A DNA stretch of 64,000 bases from the human T2T-CHM13v2.0 reference genome, Homo sapiens: NCBI RefSeq assembly GCF_009914755.1, contig NC_060942.1; one strand, given 5' to 3'. A program made the translations under genes and the position numbers. This document shows positions 13,081 through 27,126 of this stretch, one piece after another. How positions within the stretch are numbered: the stretch's first letter is position 1; each line of letters starts with the position of its first letter. The notes below the pieces were generated by a model. It was given only the letters and a program-made list of their open reading frames with translations, was not told the DNA's origin and made no database searches.

Positions 13081-13815
13081 ATAAAACTATTCAGTGTAGA
13101 TTTTATTTCTTCTACTCTTTCCCCCATGTGAATTTTCTATTCATTCTGTCCATACTATGTTTTCACGTTGGGTTAAATGATTAATACAGGGAATCTCGAA
13201 GTGGAATTGCCTAAATTACTTTCATTTAACAATTTATTAAATTGCTCCAACCAAAAAGAGAGGATTTGAGCAGTACAGCAAAATCCTGTGGATGATCAAG
13301 AATAAATATTTTGAGGCTAGAAAGTGAGATCAATGGTATCTAAACAGGTGCATTTCAGCTTGGCTGGCTGGTTTCCAACTCTCCTACATTCAAACTTACT
13401 ACGTCTCAGTTTCCACCTATGGCTAGTCCACCTACTTCCTACTCTACATTAGCTCTCTATTCTTTGTTGCTTTTCTGCCCATTTCTTTTGTTTTCTTTCC
13501 CCTTGACTCCTCTGACAATGAGTGTTTCTAAGGAACATAACAAATTTCTTCTCTGGCATCATGTGTGCTTGGGTATGTGGGTGGTGACAGGAAAAAGAGA
13601 GGAGTTAATTCAGAGATGTAGAGGAGGTGGAGAAGGGTTCCTGGAGAGGGTATAACTCTCTCCCAAACACCTGTGCTCCTGCCAGAGGTGCTCTGACACT
13701 TTTGATACAGGAAGACAGACAGGCAGAGGTTACCTTTAAAGAATAAATCCACAGGATACACTGATCCAAAATATTTACAGTACTTACATTTTTTTCAAAG
13801 TGTTATTAATGATGA

Positions 13816-14548
13816 AAATCAAAACCACAATGAGATATCTCATGCCAGTCAGAATGGCTACTATTAAAAAGTCAAAAAAGAACAGATGCTGGTGAGGCTA
13901 TGGAGAAAAGGGAACGCTTATATATTGTTAGTGGGAATGTTAATTAATTCAGTCACTGTGGAAAGGAGTTTGGAGATTTCTCAAAGAACTTAAAACAGAA
14001 CTACCATTCAACCCAGCAATCCCATTACTGGATATATATTCAAAAGAAAATAAATCATTCTACCAAAAAGACACATGCACTTCTATGTTCATCACAGCAC
14101 CATTCGCAATACCAAAGACATGGAATCAACCCAGGTACCCATCAATGGTGGATTGGATAAAGAAAATGTGGTACATATGCCATGGAATACTACCCAGCCA
14201 TAAATATGAATGAAAGCATGTCATTTGCAGCAATATGGATGCAGCTGGAGGCCATTTTCCTAAGTGAATTAATGCAGGCACAGAAAATCAAATACTGCAT
14301 GTTCTCACAAGTGGGGGCAAAACATTGGGTAACCATGAACATAAAGATGAGAACAATAGAAACTGGGGACTACTAAATGGGGGAATCAAGGGAGGGGAGC
14401 AAGGGTTGAAAATCTAACTATTGAGTACTAGGCTTAGTACCTGGATGACGAGATCAATTGTACCCCAAGCCTCAGCATAACGCAATATATCCCTGTAAGA
14501 AACCCATGCATGTATACCCTAATCTAAAATAAAAGTTGAAATTATTTT
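13816..14548 (+). mobile_element. L1PA15/16-like, 5'-truncated
   Basis: aaatcaaaaccacaatgagata...agtcagaatggcta...aatctaaaataaaagttgaaatt; ORF2 end plus 3' UTR. Confidence 0.9.
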
Positions 14549-15342
14549 AAATGTTATTTCAAATCAGTTTTTTTAATAAATGGTTGACACTGAGACACTA
14601 GTATATATTCATTTTTAACAAAGAAAAATGGTTTTCTGTCACCTTTCCAAATAATAAATGGACACTGTTCAAGGAAAGACCTGTCAATGAAAGAAGCAAT
14701 ATTGAGAATCAACCATAACAAGCAATGTCTAGATTCTGAAACTCTCAGATAAAGAAGATTCCAATATACCATAAATAATAGGTGTTAGAGCACTTTTCTG
14801 TGTAACATGTTGTGTACAAGGTAAAGTCCTACATTTCTATAATAATATTAATTTAGTCTCTGATTTACCTGTTTCAATTCCATTTTCAATTCAGACTAAA
14901 AATCATTTTATAATTAGAGTGCATATTAGCCTACAGTAGCACATATGACTTTTTCTGGCTCTACAATTTTTTAGAGTAGAAGAAATATATTCCTATTTTT
15001 ATTATACTGCAAACCCAAGGAAACCTCACTAAATATGGGGTAGATAAAATTATAAAACCAAGAGAAAAAACATCACATAACCCCCATATGTGGAGAACAT
15101 CAAGAAAAACTGGAGTCAGGTGAGTTGGCTAAGGAAAATGAAAACATTTTTGGCATATTCCTATTTCAAAGAATTTATGTTTCAGGAAAACAATATACTA
15201 CATTCATACTAGCATATTAATTGTTACAGGTCTTTGATGGGTTATTTTGGCTTTTTCTATGGCAAACTCTTACTGCATTAATGAGTTCCATCAAGTATTT
15301 CAGAAAGCAGTTTCCCCATTTTGCCTTCTGAAGAGTTCTTCC

Positions 15343-15746
15343 TGTAGCCAATGATGGTTACTAATTCCTTGTATCTTTCCTTAATACAGTTACACCTCAC
15401 TCCTTTGCCTATGACTTTGCAGAGCCTCGAGTAGTGTAGATAAAGTATGCATAGTCACACTGGCTTTTGGCTTAGCCATGTGACTTTCCTTTCCCAATAG
15501 GATGTAAGTAGGCATGATACAAGAAAAGACTTTATATTTGCTTGCATAATTTAACTTGACTCTGGTGTTTCTGCTATCATGAGAGACATGGGCAACAGTC
15601 CTGGACCCTACCCACAGCCTGAAGTAGAGGTATCACAGCTAACCTCAACGCTATCAGAGAAATAAAAAAGGAAAAGAAATAGTAAAAACTACTACTTAGG
15701 AGTTGTTTGTTTCACAGCTTTATTGCAGACATAGCCGACTAATACA
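15343..15746 (+). mobile_element. MaLR MLT1-type LTR (old)
   Basis: ttagccatgtgactttc...ttgtttcacagctttattgcagacatagccgactaataca end motif. Confidence 0.6.
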
Positions 15747-15753
15747 CTCCTTC

Positions 15754-16277
15754 TGTGTCAGTTATCTATTGCCACAATAATAGTATGTAACAAAGCAACA
15801 GACTTATGGCTTAAAACAACACCCACTGATAATCACAAGACTAAAATCAACTTGACAGTTCTGGCCTCAGCTGGGTTCAGTGAAACTCACTCATGAACCT
15901 GTAGTCAGCTTCAAGCCAGCCAGGAACAGTTTCTGGTCTTGGCTAGGCGTCTCAACGTCTGGGAGCTTGCCTGGGGCAAATGGGCTTATTTCACTCTGCC
16001 CCACATGGTCTCTCCCCTTCAACAGGCCAGGCTTGTTCTCATGGTGTGAGTCTGAGATGGGGAAGAGGGAACATGGGATGGGGGAAGGGCACAGGTCTCT
16101 TGAGGTCTAAGCTTGGAACTTCTGCAGGCCAAATCAGGTCACAAGGCCAACCCAAATTCAAAGAGTCAAGGGAGCAGACTCTCTACCTCTTGATGGATGG
16201 AGCTGCAGTCACATTGCAGAGTATGTGGATACAGGAAAGGGTAAGAAATTGCAGCTACTTTTGCAATCAATCTAACA
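15754..16277 (-). mobile_element. MaLR MLT1-type LTR
   Basis: tgtgtcagttatctattgcc...ggcttaaaacaac...caaggccaacccaaattcaa...tttgcaatcaatctaaca. Confidence 0.75.
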
Positions 16278-17355
16278 AGTCTCAAAGCACATGGAGAAAT
16301 AGCAAACTAAGAAGCCCAAACAGAATATAGTGAACATTTACAGTAAATGACTGTTATTAATTGTTCTTGATCTAAGATCTTCCTACCTTCAAAAACTGAT
16401 TGATCATGGGATCAGGTATAAGCTCCCTATGATATAATAGCCCTCTAATAATCCTCTCACCTTTGTATAACTCACTTTTCTTAAAATTCACCACCTCAAT
16501 TTCCCAGGTGGGAAAATGCATGATGATTTTGTATACAGTTGTGTTTGGGTTTACAACTCCAATCTACTCAGTGGTGGTATTCTAATTATTATAAATTTCT
16601 AAATCCTTTTCATAATTTTACTTTTTAAATTCCCTCCCTATATTCATCTTGTAAAGTACTAAGTGAAACATATTTATGTCTCATGTGTGTAAAACATTCT
16701 GATGAATCAATTTTACTGAACTTCAGAAAGCACCAAATTAAGGGACTGGAGCTTATCCAGATACTGTCCTTTTTATTAGGTGAACCAAATAAGCAATAAA
16801 TATAGACTTTACACACAGAAAGTTTCCAATAAATTATATTGAAGATAGTAAGACAAAGAAAAAAATGAATAGTTTTGTGCCTGTAAAATAGTTGTGTGGA
16901 TAGGGGCCCCATACCTTTGCAAAGGCAACTTAAGTATTTGATAGTACTCAGCTTTGGTCATTCCTTTATTGTGGGTCCCTTTCAACATTTTTATATTGTT
17001 TATCCTACAGAATATTTTCTATTTAGTAAAGGTTCTTTTTCATTTGTACAATGTGTGTCTAGAAGTATATGATCTAGTTTAATTATAATGTAGTTTTTAA
17101 GACTTTCCTGTACACAACTCCACATTCTCTGCCAAGCCACCTCCCTGTGTTATGAAACTTACAAACTATATCCTTTTTGTGTTCTCTACCCGCATGTCTT
17201 GCTAAAAATCCTGAATCAGTTGGCTTTAGATTGAGGAAAAGACGACCCCAGTACCTGATTCTCCTCCTGTCTCTCTCAGTTCAGGACCCACAAAATCTTT
17301 TAGTATTTTATAGCAAGTAAATAAGTGAAAACAAGGAAAATGCAAAACAAAACCC

Positions 17356-17663
17356 AAATGGACATGGTGGCTCATGCCTTTAATCCTAGCACTTTGGGAG
17401 GAAGACTGCAGGAGGCCAGGAATTCGAGACCAGCCTGGGCAACATGGCAAGACTCTCTCCCTACGTAAAAAACTGAAAATTGGCCAGGCATGGTGGCATG
17501 TGCCTGTAGTCCCAGCTACTTGGGAGACTGAGGCAGGAGGATCTCTTGAACCTAGGAGCTCAAGGCTGCACTGAACTAAGATCGCACCACTGTACTCCAG
17601 CCTGCACAACAGAGTGAGACCCTGTCTTAAAAAAAAGAAAAAGAAAAGAAAAAAAAAAAAAAA
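17356..17663 (+). mobile_element. AluJ
   Basis: Diverged dimeric Alu with J-type features (gaggccaggaattcgagacc, aggctgca, gagaccctgtct) and A-rich tail. Confidence 0.9.
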
Positions 17664-19369
17664 CAGAAGCAAATGCTGGTCATGAGGACTTCCAGGCAGG
17701 GCATCTGTCTTAGAACATCACAGTGGTTTTCCAGAACTTTACCTAAGTCTGGCCAAATGAGGGCTGCCCAAAATCAAGTCTGCTGCATCATAACAAGTAC
17801 TCACTTATAATTTTCAGTTTCAATTAGTATACTTCATATGGCACAGAAGAATACAATTAAGGCTTCAAACCAATGGGAAAATGGCATCAAAAAGACTCTA
17901 ACTAAAACTGCAGACTATTATGTGCTTTCACAGAAGTCAGATCAAACACCATTTTGTAAAATTTGTAAGGATTAGAGGGAGCAGTGAAAGGAGAATCTTT
18001 GTTACAAGAAGATCATTGAACCATTAGAAACCAAAAGGCACTTTCTAAAGCAATACTTTGATTTGACCTGCTCTCTTGGGAAGGTTAGCAGTAATTCATC
18101 TCTGAGCAGTTAGCAATGGCACACAGATCTGGCCTTCTGAGGCCCTCACTGATTTGCCCTCAGATTTAAAGATCTAATTCCCCGGGATCCTGAAAAAAAA
18201 AACAGTGCTTCCCAGATTGGAACTACTTACTAGTGATTTTGCTGTGAGTGAAAGAGCGTACGCATATTCATCTTTCCCAGTCTCATCACTGAGCAGCTTC
18301 CACGCGATAAGTTGTAAGTACTTTTATGATGGAAAGGGTGGGAGAGAAGACCTCATGAATGGGTGAAAGAATAAAGGAAGGAAGAAAAGGGACATTCTTA
18401 ATCACACTCCTACTAGGTTTTTCCTCCCAGGGCTGAGCAACAATTGTGCTTGTTCAGTGAGCCCACTGATCCTTAGGGGTTTTGAAATCAAATGCCTCTA
18501 AGGGCCAGCAAACAGCATAAATGAAAAAACTGGGCCAAACATGTCCCTTGGGTTCTTTAAAGGTACAGGCCCCATATAAAAGGGATAATCACTTCTCAGT
18601 TCCATCTTTCTTTTGCTATGTAGGAATATGGAATCTCTACATATCAACTGTTGGAGGGACACAAAGACATGATGAAGAGCTATTGAAAATGTGGAATTTT
18701 ATTTAAAATATTTATATTTTCAAGTGTTGACAACGGTATGCAGGCCAAAGAAAACATGACTGCAGGCTGGATGCAGCCACATGGATCCCAGATGTACAGT
18801 CTATGCTCCAGAGCCGTGCTACTCAGAGTGTGGCCCTCGGACCAGCACCTGTCCACAAACTATTTGTTCCTAGTCTGCAACAAGACAGGGAGCCCACAAA
18901 AGAATGCAAATCAGCTGCATGACTAAGCACACCCTGTCGTTCAGATGACATTTTTTTCCATAGCGAGATTTTCTTTTATAGAGGATGCAGGGCACTGATT
19001 TACATTCTGGCATAAGCTCGTTATCCCACTGTTGGTTGCGATTTGGACAGCCTTGGTCTCTAGAGAAGCTTTCAGGACCCCTCTCCCCATGGTGCTCTAT
19101 TAGGAATTTGAATGGCCCAACAGACCATGTTGGGGACAGAAAGGGAAAAGGAGAGAGTACAACACTGGTAGGGATCTGGGAAATTGCAGATGGCCCTAGA
19201 TAGCCAGGGTATGGGTAGTCCACCACTGGGAATCTCCAGTGACTCCCAGTGCACAGTGTCGGCAGGAAGTCAGTTGTCTGGACCCGTTACTCTTTCCCCT
19301 GAATATACCCAATACCTGGACTCTCTCAGACCCTTTAGAGTTTGGGGCTTATAGCTAGTCAAGGTATAT

Positions 19370-19550
19370 TGCATGTCTTGTACATTCTTAAGTAAATACT
19401 TGTGTATTTATTTATTTATGGTCCATCTCTCTGTCACCACTGCCTCCCTCCCCATTCTGCACCATAGATTTCAACCTCCAAAAGGGTAGGGTATCTAGAC
19501 TAGTATCTAATACATAGTAGATACTCAGTAAATGTCAGATGAATGGGTGA
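19370..19550 (+). mobile_element. L2 3' end fragment
   Basis: acatagtagatactcagtaaatg...gatgaatg terminal motif. Confidence 0.55.
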
Positions 19551-20477
19551 TGTTATATCAAAGGTATGGGTATATAAGACAGGTGTATACATTATTAGAC
19601 AGATAAAACAATTTTTTAAAAATGTTTCCAGATGCTGACATATATCTTTCTTGGGAACTGTTGAGTATATTTTGTTTTTATGTCCAGACCAAAAGGGATG
19701 TTCAATGGCTATTAAATATGGTATGGGATATGCTTGAAGGCTAATACCCTTGTGAAAACAGACTGAAGTTGGCAGCTATGGGAAAAGTTGGTAAATGGAG
19801 GTTCTCAGGCATTGAGATAGTCAATTACTTGCTGGTAGTCTTTTAAAGGAAAATAGATTAATCTGTCTGAGGAAGGTCAAGAGAGATTCAACCCAAAGGG
19901 GGAGGGCTGCCGGAGAGGTGCAAGTCCTGTGCAAGTCTACATGGGTGGCTGATGTTAGAGGACACAGCAAACTACAGCCGTGAACTGTCTGTTGAATGAG
20001 GCAGAGCTTTAAACCTTCCTCTTCTTTACTAAAATTCCTCAAAATAATCCTGCTTATCAATCATATTACTTTCCTGCCAGTCTCTTGACCTCCCTTGTTC
20101 TCCATAATTTCAAATTCATTATGTTGGAGTTTTGTGGCCTTTTCTAATATTTAGAAACTCATTACTTTTTAAATCTCCTTAGCCTATTTCCTCTGATTCC
20201 CAGTACTAGTGGAAGAAAGGGGTTGCTCTAAATGCTATTCTAAGTCTTTATTCTGCTCTCATCATTCAAAAGTTTCTTCTTTGAAAATTTATATCATTTA
20301 TTAATATCATCCATTCTGAAACTTCATTACTATCTTCTACTAATGCCTACCACCTTCTTATAATTCCTTCAAAGGTTTTAAAGCTTGGCTATGAATTTTC
20401 TAGTCTGCCCTACTCCTGCCAGCAGCCATAATAAGTTTAGAGTTAAAATAGTAATTATTATATTTATAATTATATCT

Positions 20478-20932
20478 ACTATTTATTTAGTGCCTACCAT
20501 GTGCTGGTCACTATGTGGTGTCTTACAGGCACTGTTTCTAATCTATAACAACCCTGCAAGGTAGGTTTTATCCTCCATTTACACAAAAAAAATCCACAAA
20601 TCAGAGAAGTTCTATAACCTGCCCTAAGCCACAGAGTTGTTAGCAATGGAACCAGAAAGAAAACACAAATCTAATTGATGCCAAAGCCTAACCTCTAAGT
20701 TTTCCTAATAATAAAAAGAATAGCCACAATTTTTTAAACTGGCAGCCATTAGCTTTATATTAATTACTTCCAAATGTCACAACAATCCCACAAGGTCCCA
20801 TTATTCTCATTTTAAAGATAGGAAAAATGAAGCTCAGAAATGTTAAGTAACCTATTCCAAGTCACATAAGTGGTCAAAGATTTGAACTCAGATTATTCAA
20901 AGTCCAACACTCTTGCTCTTTGGACAACCACA
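20478..20932 (-). mobile_element. Two MIR copies (~20478-20700, ~20765-20932)
   Basis: acaaccctgcaaggtagg; cattttaaagataggaaaaatgaagctcaga...ttaagtaac. Confidence 0.7.
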
Positions 20933-20974
20933 CTGACAGATACAGATATGTCTGTTTAGTACATTGCTAAAACC

Positions 20975-21508
20975 CTATTCCAATTTTCTATTGCTACAAA
21001 CAAACCACTCAGACTTAATGGCTTAAGACAACTATAATCATTTATCTTTCTCACAAATCTCCACTGTGGGCAGGGCTTGGGAGGGAGGGCTCCTCTGTGC
21101 TCTGCATGGCCTCAGCTGGGGCTGGTCAACCCAAGATTTGAGGGTCTGCTTTCCAGATGGTTCACCTCCAGGACTGCTAAGCTAGTGCTGGATTTGTCCA
21201 GGAGCTCAGCCTAGGCTGAGGGTCCCAGGCTTAAGTGTCCCTGTATATAGATCTCTCCATGTACCCTGGGCTTCCTCAAAGCATAGCAGCTGGGTTCCAA
21301 TGACAAGCATCCCAAGAGAGAGACAGACAGAAGCCATATCACCTCTTAGGGCCTAGCCTCAGAACCCACACAGCATCATATGCATTGCATTTTATTTGTT
21401 AGAAACATATGACTAAGGCTAGCCATACCTAAGGAGAAGGAAATTACACTATACTTCACGAGGGAAAAATATCAAAGGATTTACAGACACGTTGTAAAAC
21501 TACATACA
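20975..21508 (-). mobile_element. MaLR MLT1-type LTR
   Basis: tctattgct...acttaatggcttaagacaac...cctagcctcagaa...aaaactacataca. Confidence 0.75.
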
Positions 21509-22461
21509 CACAGTTTCACACTTTCTCACCCACTTCACCTCCATTCTGCTCAACTATTCATAAAAATAACACACCTCAACCGCATCAGCATCACTGAAGG
21601 GACCATCAAACACAAGATTTTCACTCTGGAGCTCTCCTTCTTTAACTGTTTCCTGTTCTCACCGCTCTCACTACCTTACTTGCTTCTGAACATGACCTTC
21701 TCCGCCAAGAACTTGAATCTTTTTCTCCATATCCTTCAAGTCTGTCATCTCTCAGTTTGGGTTCCATGGTCAGGAATTTCATGGCTGCCCTTTCCAGTAC
21801 CTTATAAGTTTTTACACCCTCTTCATTATCTACTCTCTTTTTCATCACCTTGTAATCTTTCTTTTCCACAATTTCCCTCAGTTTATTCAAATTACTCAGA
21901 TTAGGAGGTTCTTCTAATCCCCCTAATTATCAAGTACCTTCTAATCCCCCTAATTACCTTTTCTCATTTCTCATTCTTTTTGTTTCTGGATCATTTGTTA
22001 TAGCTGCTTCTCTGTCCTTCTTTAAAGTTTTCTCTTTTTGATATCCTTGGATAGGTTTGTCCTTGTCTCAATTCATTTCCATTTAACAGAGTAGTCCAAA
22101 CCAAACTGTCGGGAAGGCTCATCCTAAAGACAGAACTAGGTGTAAACACACGAGGATTGGTAGCACAGCAAACCAAGTTGCCACATGTGGAAACCAAGTA
22201 ATTGTGTTACATCCACGAGAGCCATGAGATTTAGATGAGAAATCTTGCAATATCCAACGTTTTTCAATCTGCACAGGAGTATCTGCCCCAACCACTGGGA
22301 TTGTGATTCAAGGGGAAGAGTTTTCTCTTAGGAAGAATGCAAAGTAGTTCTATATTTTTCTGGGGCCACAGAACTTTTAAAGTAGCTAATGAAAGTTCTA
22401 GACCTTCCCCTTGAGGGAAAAATTTACACTGAGAGAGAAACACGAACGTTTGAATATGGGG

Positions 22462-22830
22462 ACCTAGTGAGTTCAGTTGGGACATATTAGATTTATTGAT
22501 GATGAGATGCCTGTGGGAATCCAAAGTAGAGTTTACCAGGAGATAGTTGGACATACAGCTATGTTGCTCAGGAGAGAAATTTAAACTGAATTCACAATAC
22601 TGGAGGCATTAGACAGGATAGCTAAAGCCACTGGTTGGAGTTTATAATCCCCCTAAAACGTTAAGTATGGTTATGCGGGGAAGATATGGACACTTAACAT
22701 GTGTGGTAAGGGTGGACTCTTGAAACATCAAGAGATCTAAGAGAAAATACAATACACAAAGAGATTGGCGACGAGCAGCCAGGCAGTTGGGAGGACAATC
22801 TGGATTGTGTGGTTTCCTAGATGTTAGAGA
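22462..22830 (-). mobile_element. L2 fragment
   Basis: gagttcagttgggacatatt...tgagatgcctgtggga...gttggacatac...ctcaggagag. Confidence 0.6.
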
Positions 22831-23267
22831 ATTTCAGGAGAAAAGGGAATTGTAACATTCAATAAACATTTATTAATTGCCTTTGAATTAAAGCTTAAGG
22901 ATGCAGCAATGAAAAGGGTGAGTAAAGTCTATGATTTATGCGGTAAGCAGACATTTATTCATTGTAAGCTTGAAGAGCTAAGCCAACAATTCTCCTTGGG
23001 GAGAGTTTAAATTTAATTTCACATCATGACTTTAGTCACTGTCCTCTGCTCCCCTGGATGGCCAGTCTGAATCCGTGTTGCCGACTCTCACATATACATG
23101 AGGTTACTCCTTCTCTCCTAGCCTCCTCTTTTCAGTAACATTCTACCACCCCAACTAACGCTTGCTCCTGCCACTGCAACAGATGTCCTGGGCAGCCGAT
23201 TTCTACCCACACAAGAGCTGCTCTCAGCAGTCCTCTGGTACTCTTAACCAAACAAGGACTCAATGCT

Positions 23268-23452
23268 GGTTTTGAACTCAGGCTCCACCACTTAACTAGC
23301 TATATAAACCTGAGCAACCCTCACTATGAACTTCAGTTTTCTCATCGGTAAAATGAAGGTAAAGCTACCAAATACTGACATTGCAGGGCACTGAATCAGA
23401 TAACATGTCTAAGACAGAGAACACAATGCTTGGCCTAGTGCTCATTAAATAT
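23268..23452 (+). mobile_element. MIR
   Basis: ggctccaccacttaactagcta...cttcagttttctcatcggtaaaatg. Confidence 0.7.
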
Positions 23453-25040
23453 CAAAAAGGAAAAGAATAGACATGTTCAGGACAGTTCAACTCCTCTCAA
23501 TTTTGAGGGGGAGCTATAGAAAGCCTAGCCCTCACCCAATTACAGCATGTATGGGAATAATGGGATTCCTTGTATTTCAGAATACTTGTAAGTGCTTTCC
23601 CCATCTATTAGATACATTAGAGAGGTCAAGTAATTTAAGTCTGAACAGAGTCTGGGGACTGGGCACAAACATCTTGAGTTTCAAAGCCATTTCAATTGAT
23701 GAGAAAAGGCAAAAGCCAGATCTCACCAGGTGATATAGAAAGTGATGAATAAGAGGTGAGGAAGTGAAAATTATGTAAACTGCCCTTTCAGGAAGTGCGA
23801 CTGTGGCAGGAGGAAGTTAAACTAGTTGTTATTTATTTAATAATTAGCTCATGCTCTTCTACAGTCAGTCACCTGAGCCTTCCCTGAATCGAGCTGAATT
23901 GGTGTTATTGGCCTTATTTGAACAAAACTCCTTTGTTTTCATGAAGACATGAGACATATTAAGGTTGTTTTAAATATTCTGTCCTAATCATCACCTCCCT
24001 ATCCTGCCAATTTGGTGACATTTCCATATTAAGACAAGTGACTAAATCTCTCTCTGGAGGCATTTAAGAAGTGGATAGACTGTTGAAAGGATTAAACTTT
24101 GGTTTAAACAAGATGACCTCTGAAGTTCCTTTCTCAACAGCAGAATTCAACACTCTTCAGGTTCCTCTACGTAAAATCAATTCTAAGTGGCCATAGCAAT
24201 CTCTTGACTGAGAAATGAAAGCATATATTCCTATGCTACCTTCCCTTGCTGATGATATCAGATGAACACCCGACTCCAGGTACTTACAGAAGCTACTGAT
24301 GGCTTTCAACATCATTGCCCCATTTATATTTTGCTTTCAGTGCCAAAAAAGTTAAGAAGACCATATTCACATAGGACTTTTCTCATTAAAGTCAAACGTG
24401 AGCCCAAACCCTCCACCTTTACCACTCAAACCTATAACGACCTCATTTAATTCCAGCACAGAACAATGTCTTTCGCTTAAAATTAATGTCTTGTCCACAT
24501 AAAATTGAAATACAGAATGCAGCCTTCCTGATAAGTAGAAAGCATAAAGGTGACTTTTAAGGAGATAAATTTATTCTGTCAGGGAAGGAATAAAAACCTT
24601 TTGCTATTCACCTGTAACTTGAACACTCTAAGCAATGAGTTCTTCCCTTATTTGTAGCTAAATATGATCTGTCACTCAGCCTTACCTTGCTGTCATGTGT
24701 TAAATTAAATCATTTATATATATATTGTCTCTGATTCTCACATGGTTAATGGCTCCTCATTAATAGACCAGGCAGCATGTTGGCATCCGATAGCCATGTA
24801 CACAGAATAATATATTGTCCAAGCGAATAGGTGGTAGGGAACATGGCACTTTAAATTATTTAAAATAGCATAGTTGTATGGCTTCCACTTACAGAGAATA
24901 TCAAGTAAGGCAGTACAAATTGTTTTAAGTTAATGGAATCATAAAGAATTAGGATGATCCAACAGAGATTTCTGGAAATAAAATTATACAATATTATTTG
25001 TGTTGCTTAATAAGACAGCCCAGATTTTAAAATAGAAAAA

Positions 25041-25075
25041 AATATATATATATATACACACACACATACATATGC
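25041..25075. repeat. (TA)n(CA)n compound microsatellite
   Basis: Direct. Confidence 0.9.
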
Positions 25076-25339
25076 ACACTGGATAACTGAACAGGGAGGG
25101 GGTATTTTCTTTAATAAATGAAAATCAAGAGTCTTGCATTCAATCTTTTATTATTTAGATTCTGGATATGACATGGGATAAATTATATTGGCTATTCTCT
25201 AGAAATAAAGAAAACTTAGGCTATGTTTTTATTCTATTACTTTCAGTGTAGATGCAACTTGTATTTGTTGAATACTTACTAGGTATCAATATTTTAGTAA
25301 ACGCAATCCCCGCAACAAATCTTTGAGGCATATTTTAGT

Positions 25340-25358
25340 AGCAGCAGCAGCAGCAGCA
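25340..25358. repeat. Short (AGC)n repeat
   Basis: Direct: agcagcagcagcagcagca. Confidence 0.85.
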
Positions 25359-25399
25359 TCCTATTCTGTATGTAGTAAGAATAACCAAAACCTATTCAA

Positions 25400-25640
25400 T
25401 ACCAGGCACATTATTTTACTCCATTTAATACAATAACCCTATTAAATAGGTACCACTATTACCATTATCCCCATCTCCCATAGGGAAACTAAACAGCAGA
25501 ACATTTAAATAACTGGTTCAAAGTCATCAGTGAGAGAGTAAATAGCATGGAAGAGAACACAGTCTACCTCCCTCTCAGATAAGGAAAATAAGTCTCAGAG
25601 TAGGTAATTATCCCAATCAAGGTCACACAGCCAGAGGAAA
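25400..25640 (-). mobile_element. MIR fragments
   Basis: attatccccat...gggaaactaa; cagataaggaaaataagtctcagag...aaggtcacacagc. Confidence 0.65.
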
Positions 25641-25849
25641 ATGAAGATGAAAGGCAAACCCCTTTAAAAAAAAAAAAAAAAACTTTTTACTTTTTACCAT
25701 GAGAACTTTCAAAGAGATACCCAACTAAAGGGAATGATAATATTAAAACCCCAAAGACTTAGTTTCAAGTCTAAAGCTCCTTTTCTAGAACATTCTTCAA
25801 CTATGAAATAGAAGTATTTATCACAGCAATTTTTACTAAAAAGAACTTT

Positions 25850-26380
25850 TTTTATTATAGAGGTAATGCATGTTCACTATAAGCCATTCATTCAAAATAG
25901 AAAGGTTTGCCTCTTTAACGATTTGTACATATCCTTCCAGATTTTCTGTACACATATATGTACATGTATAGAGATATAATTTTTTACAAAATGAGATCAT
26001 ACTATACATACTCTTAAAGCCTAATGGTTTTGCTTTTAAGTGTACCACGGCCATATTTCCATTACTATAAACATTGATCTCCAGCTTTATTTTTAATGTT
26101 CACTTTGTATTCCATTATATCAATGAACCATCATTTACTTAGCCAATCCTGTGTTGGTGAACACTTACATTTTTTTGACTTTTTTGTTATAATAAAAACA
26201 TTGTGGTAAGCCTCCTCCTTATACATCTTTATACGTTTGTGAAATTAATTCTTAGAACTTGCTGGCCCATAATACACTCTCATTAATGTGTTGAATTAAT
26301 GGATAAAATATGGCTTGGTCAAAGAATTGGTAAAGTTTATATTTTGATATATATTGCTAAATTGCCTTTCAGAAAGGCAA
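25850..26380 (-). mobile_element. L1ME-like fragment
   Basis: caaaatgagatcatactatacatac...tattccattatat...attgctaaattgcctttcagaaagg. Confidence 0.6.
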
Positions 26381-26480
26381 CTAATCAATTTTCTGTTATT
26401 TATAACTTTTTTTTTTTACTTTATGATTTAAATATTTCAGGAAGTTTAAAATCTTTTACTTTGTGGTTCTGCCTCAGGGA

Positions 26481-27126
26481 CAGTGGTATGTTGGAGTAAA
26501 AGCACAACAGCTTATGAAAGCCTACTGTCAAATTTTCAGAAATTTTCAACTACTTGTAAAATGTAGCCATTATTTTAAAATTATGGAAAATTATTAAATT
26601 ATATAAAAAAACAAAGGTAATAAATACTCAAAGTATAGTAGTTCCTAATTATTTGCTATTATCTATGCTCTTGAAGTCAGTTATGACTATCACATCTGGA
26701 TAGTGGGAATACCTGGCAGTGGTGTACTGCCCTGCATCTCTTCCCAATTCCACACTCAGTGACTATGTCGATAGCTTAATATTGGTCATGGTGGAAGTAT
26801 TTATACTATGGAAATCAGCAAGTGCTAGAAATCAGGGCCTGATTTAGTGCTGAAGCTGAAAGAGTTTTTAATTTAATTAATAATTTATACAAGGGTGAGA
26901 AATAGTTTAACAATAAGCCACATATCAGATTTAATGGCAATAAATTTATTGGGAAAAGAGTTAGCAGACTGGAATAAGTTCCATTTGTCAAATCATGGCT
27001 GAATGTTGACTACAGAGTCAAAGAAAAAAAAAAATCAAGAGAAGCATTCTTGGAGAATCAGTTGACTGAAAAGTTTACATACTTTTTCAGAGAGCTGACA
27101 GTTAAATGTCTAATAGCACACTACTG
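26481..27126. mobile_element. Arthur1-like hAT-Tip100 DNA transposon, internally deleted
   Basis: Termini cagtggtatgttgg ... tagcacactactg form imperfect TIRs; 8-bp TSD ctcaggga (26473-26480) / cttaggga (27127-27134). Confidence 0.75.

Noticed and set aside
17226-17672. Longest ORF (148 aa) and similar ORFs at 7247, 28559 and 61124
   Set aside because: Antisense Alu translations (LECSG, PASASQVAG-type motifs); a well-known artefact
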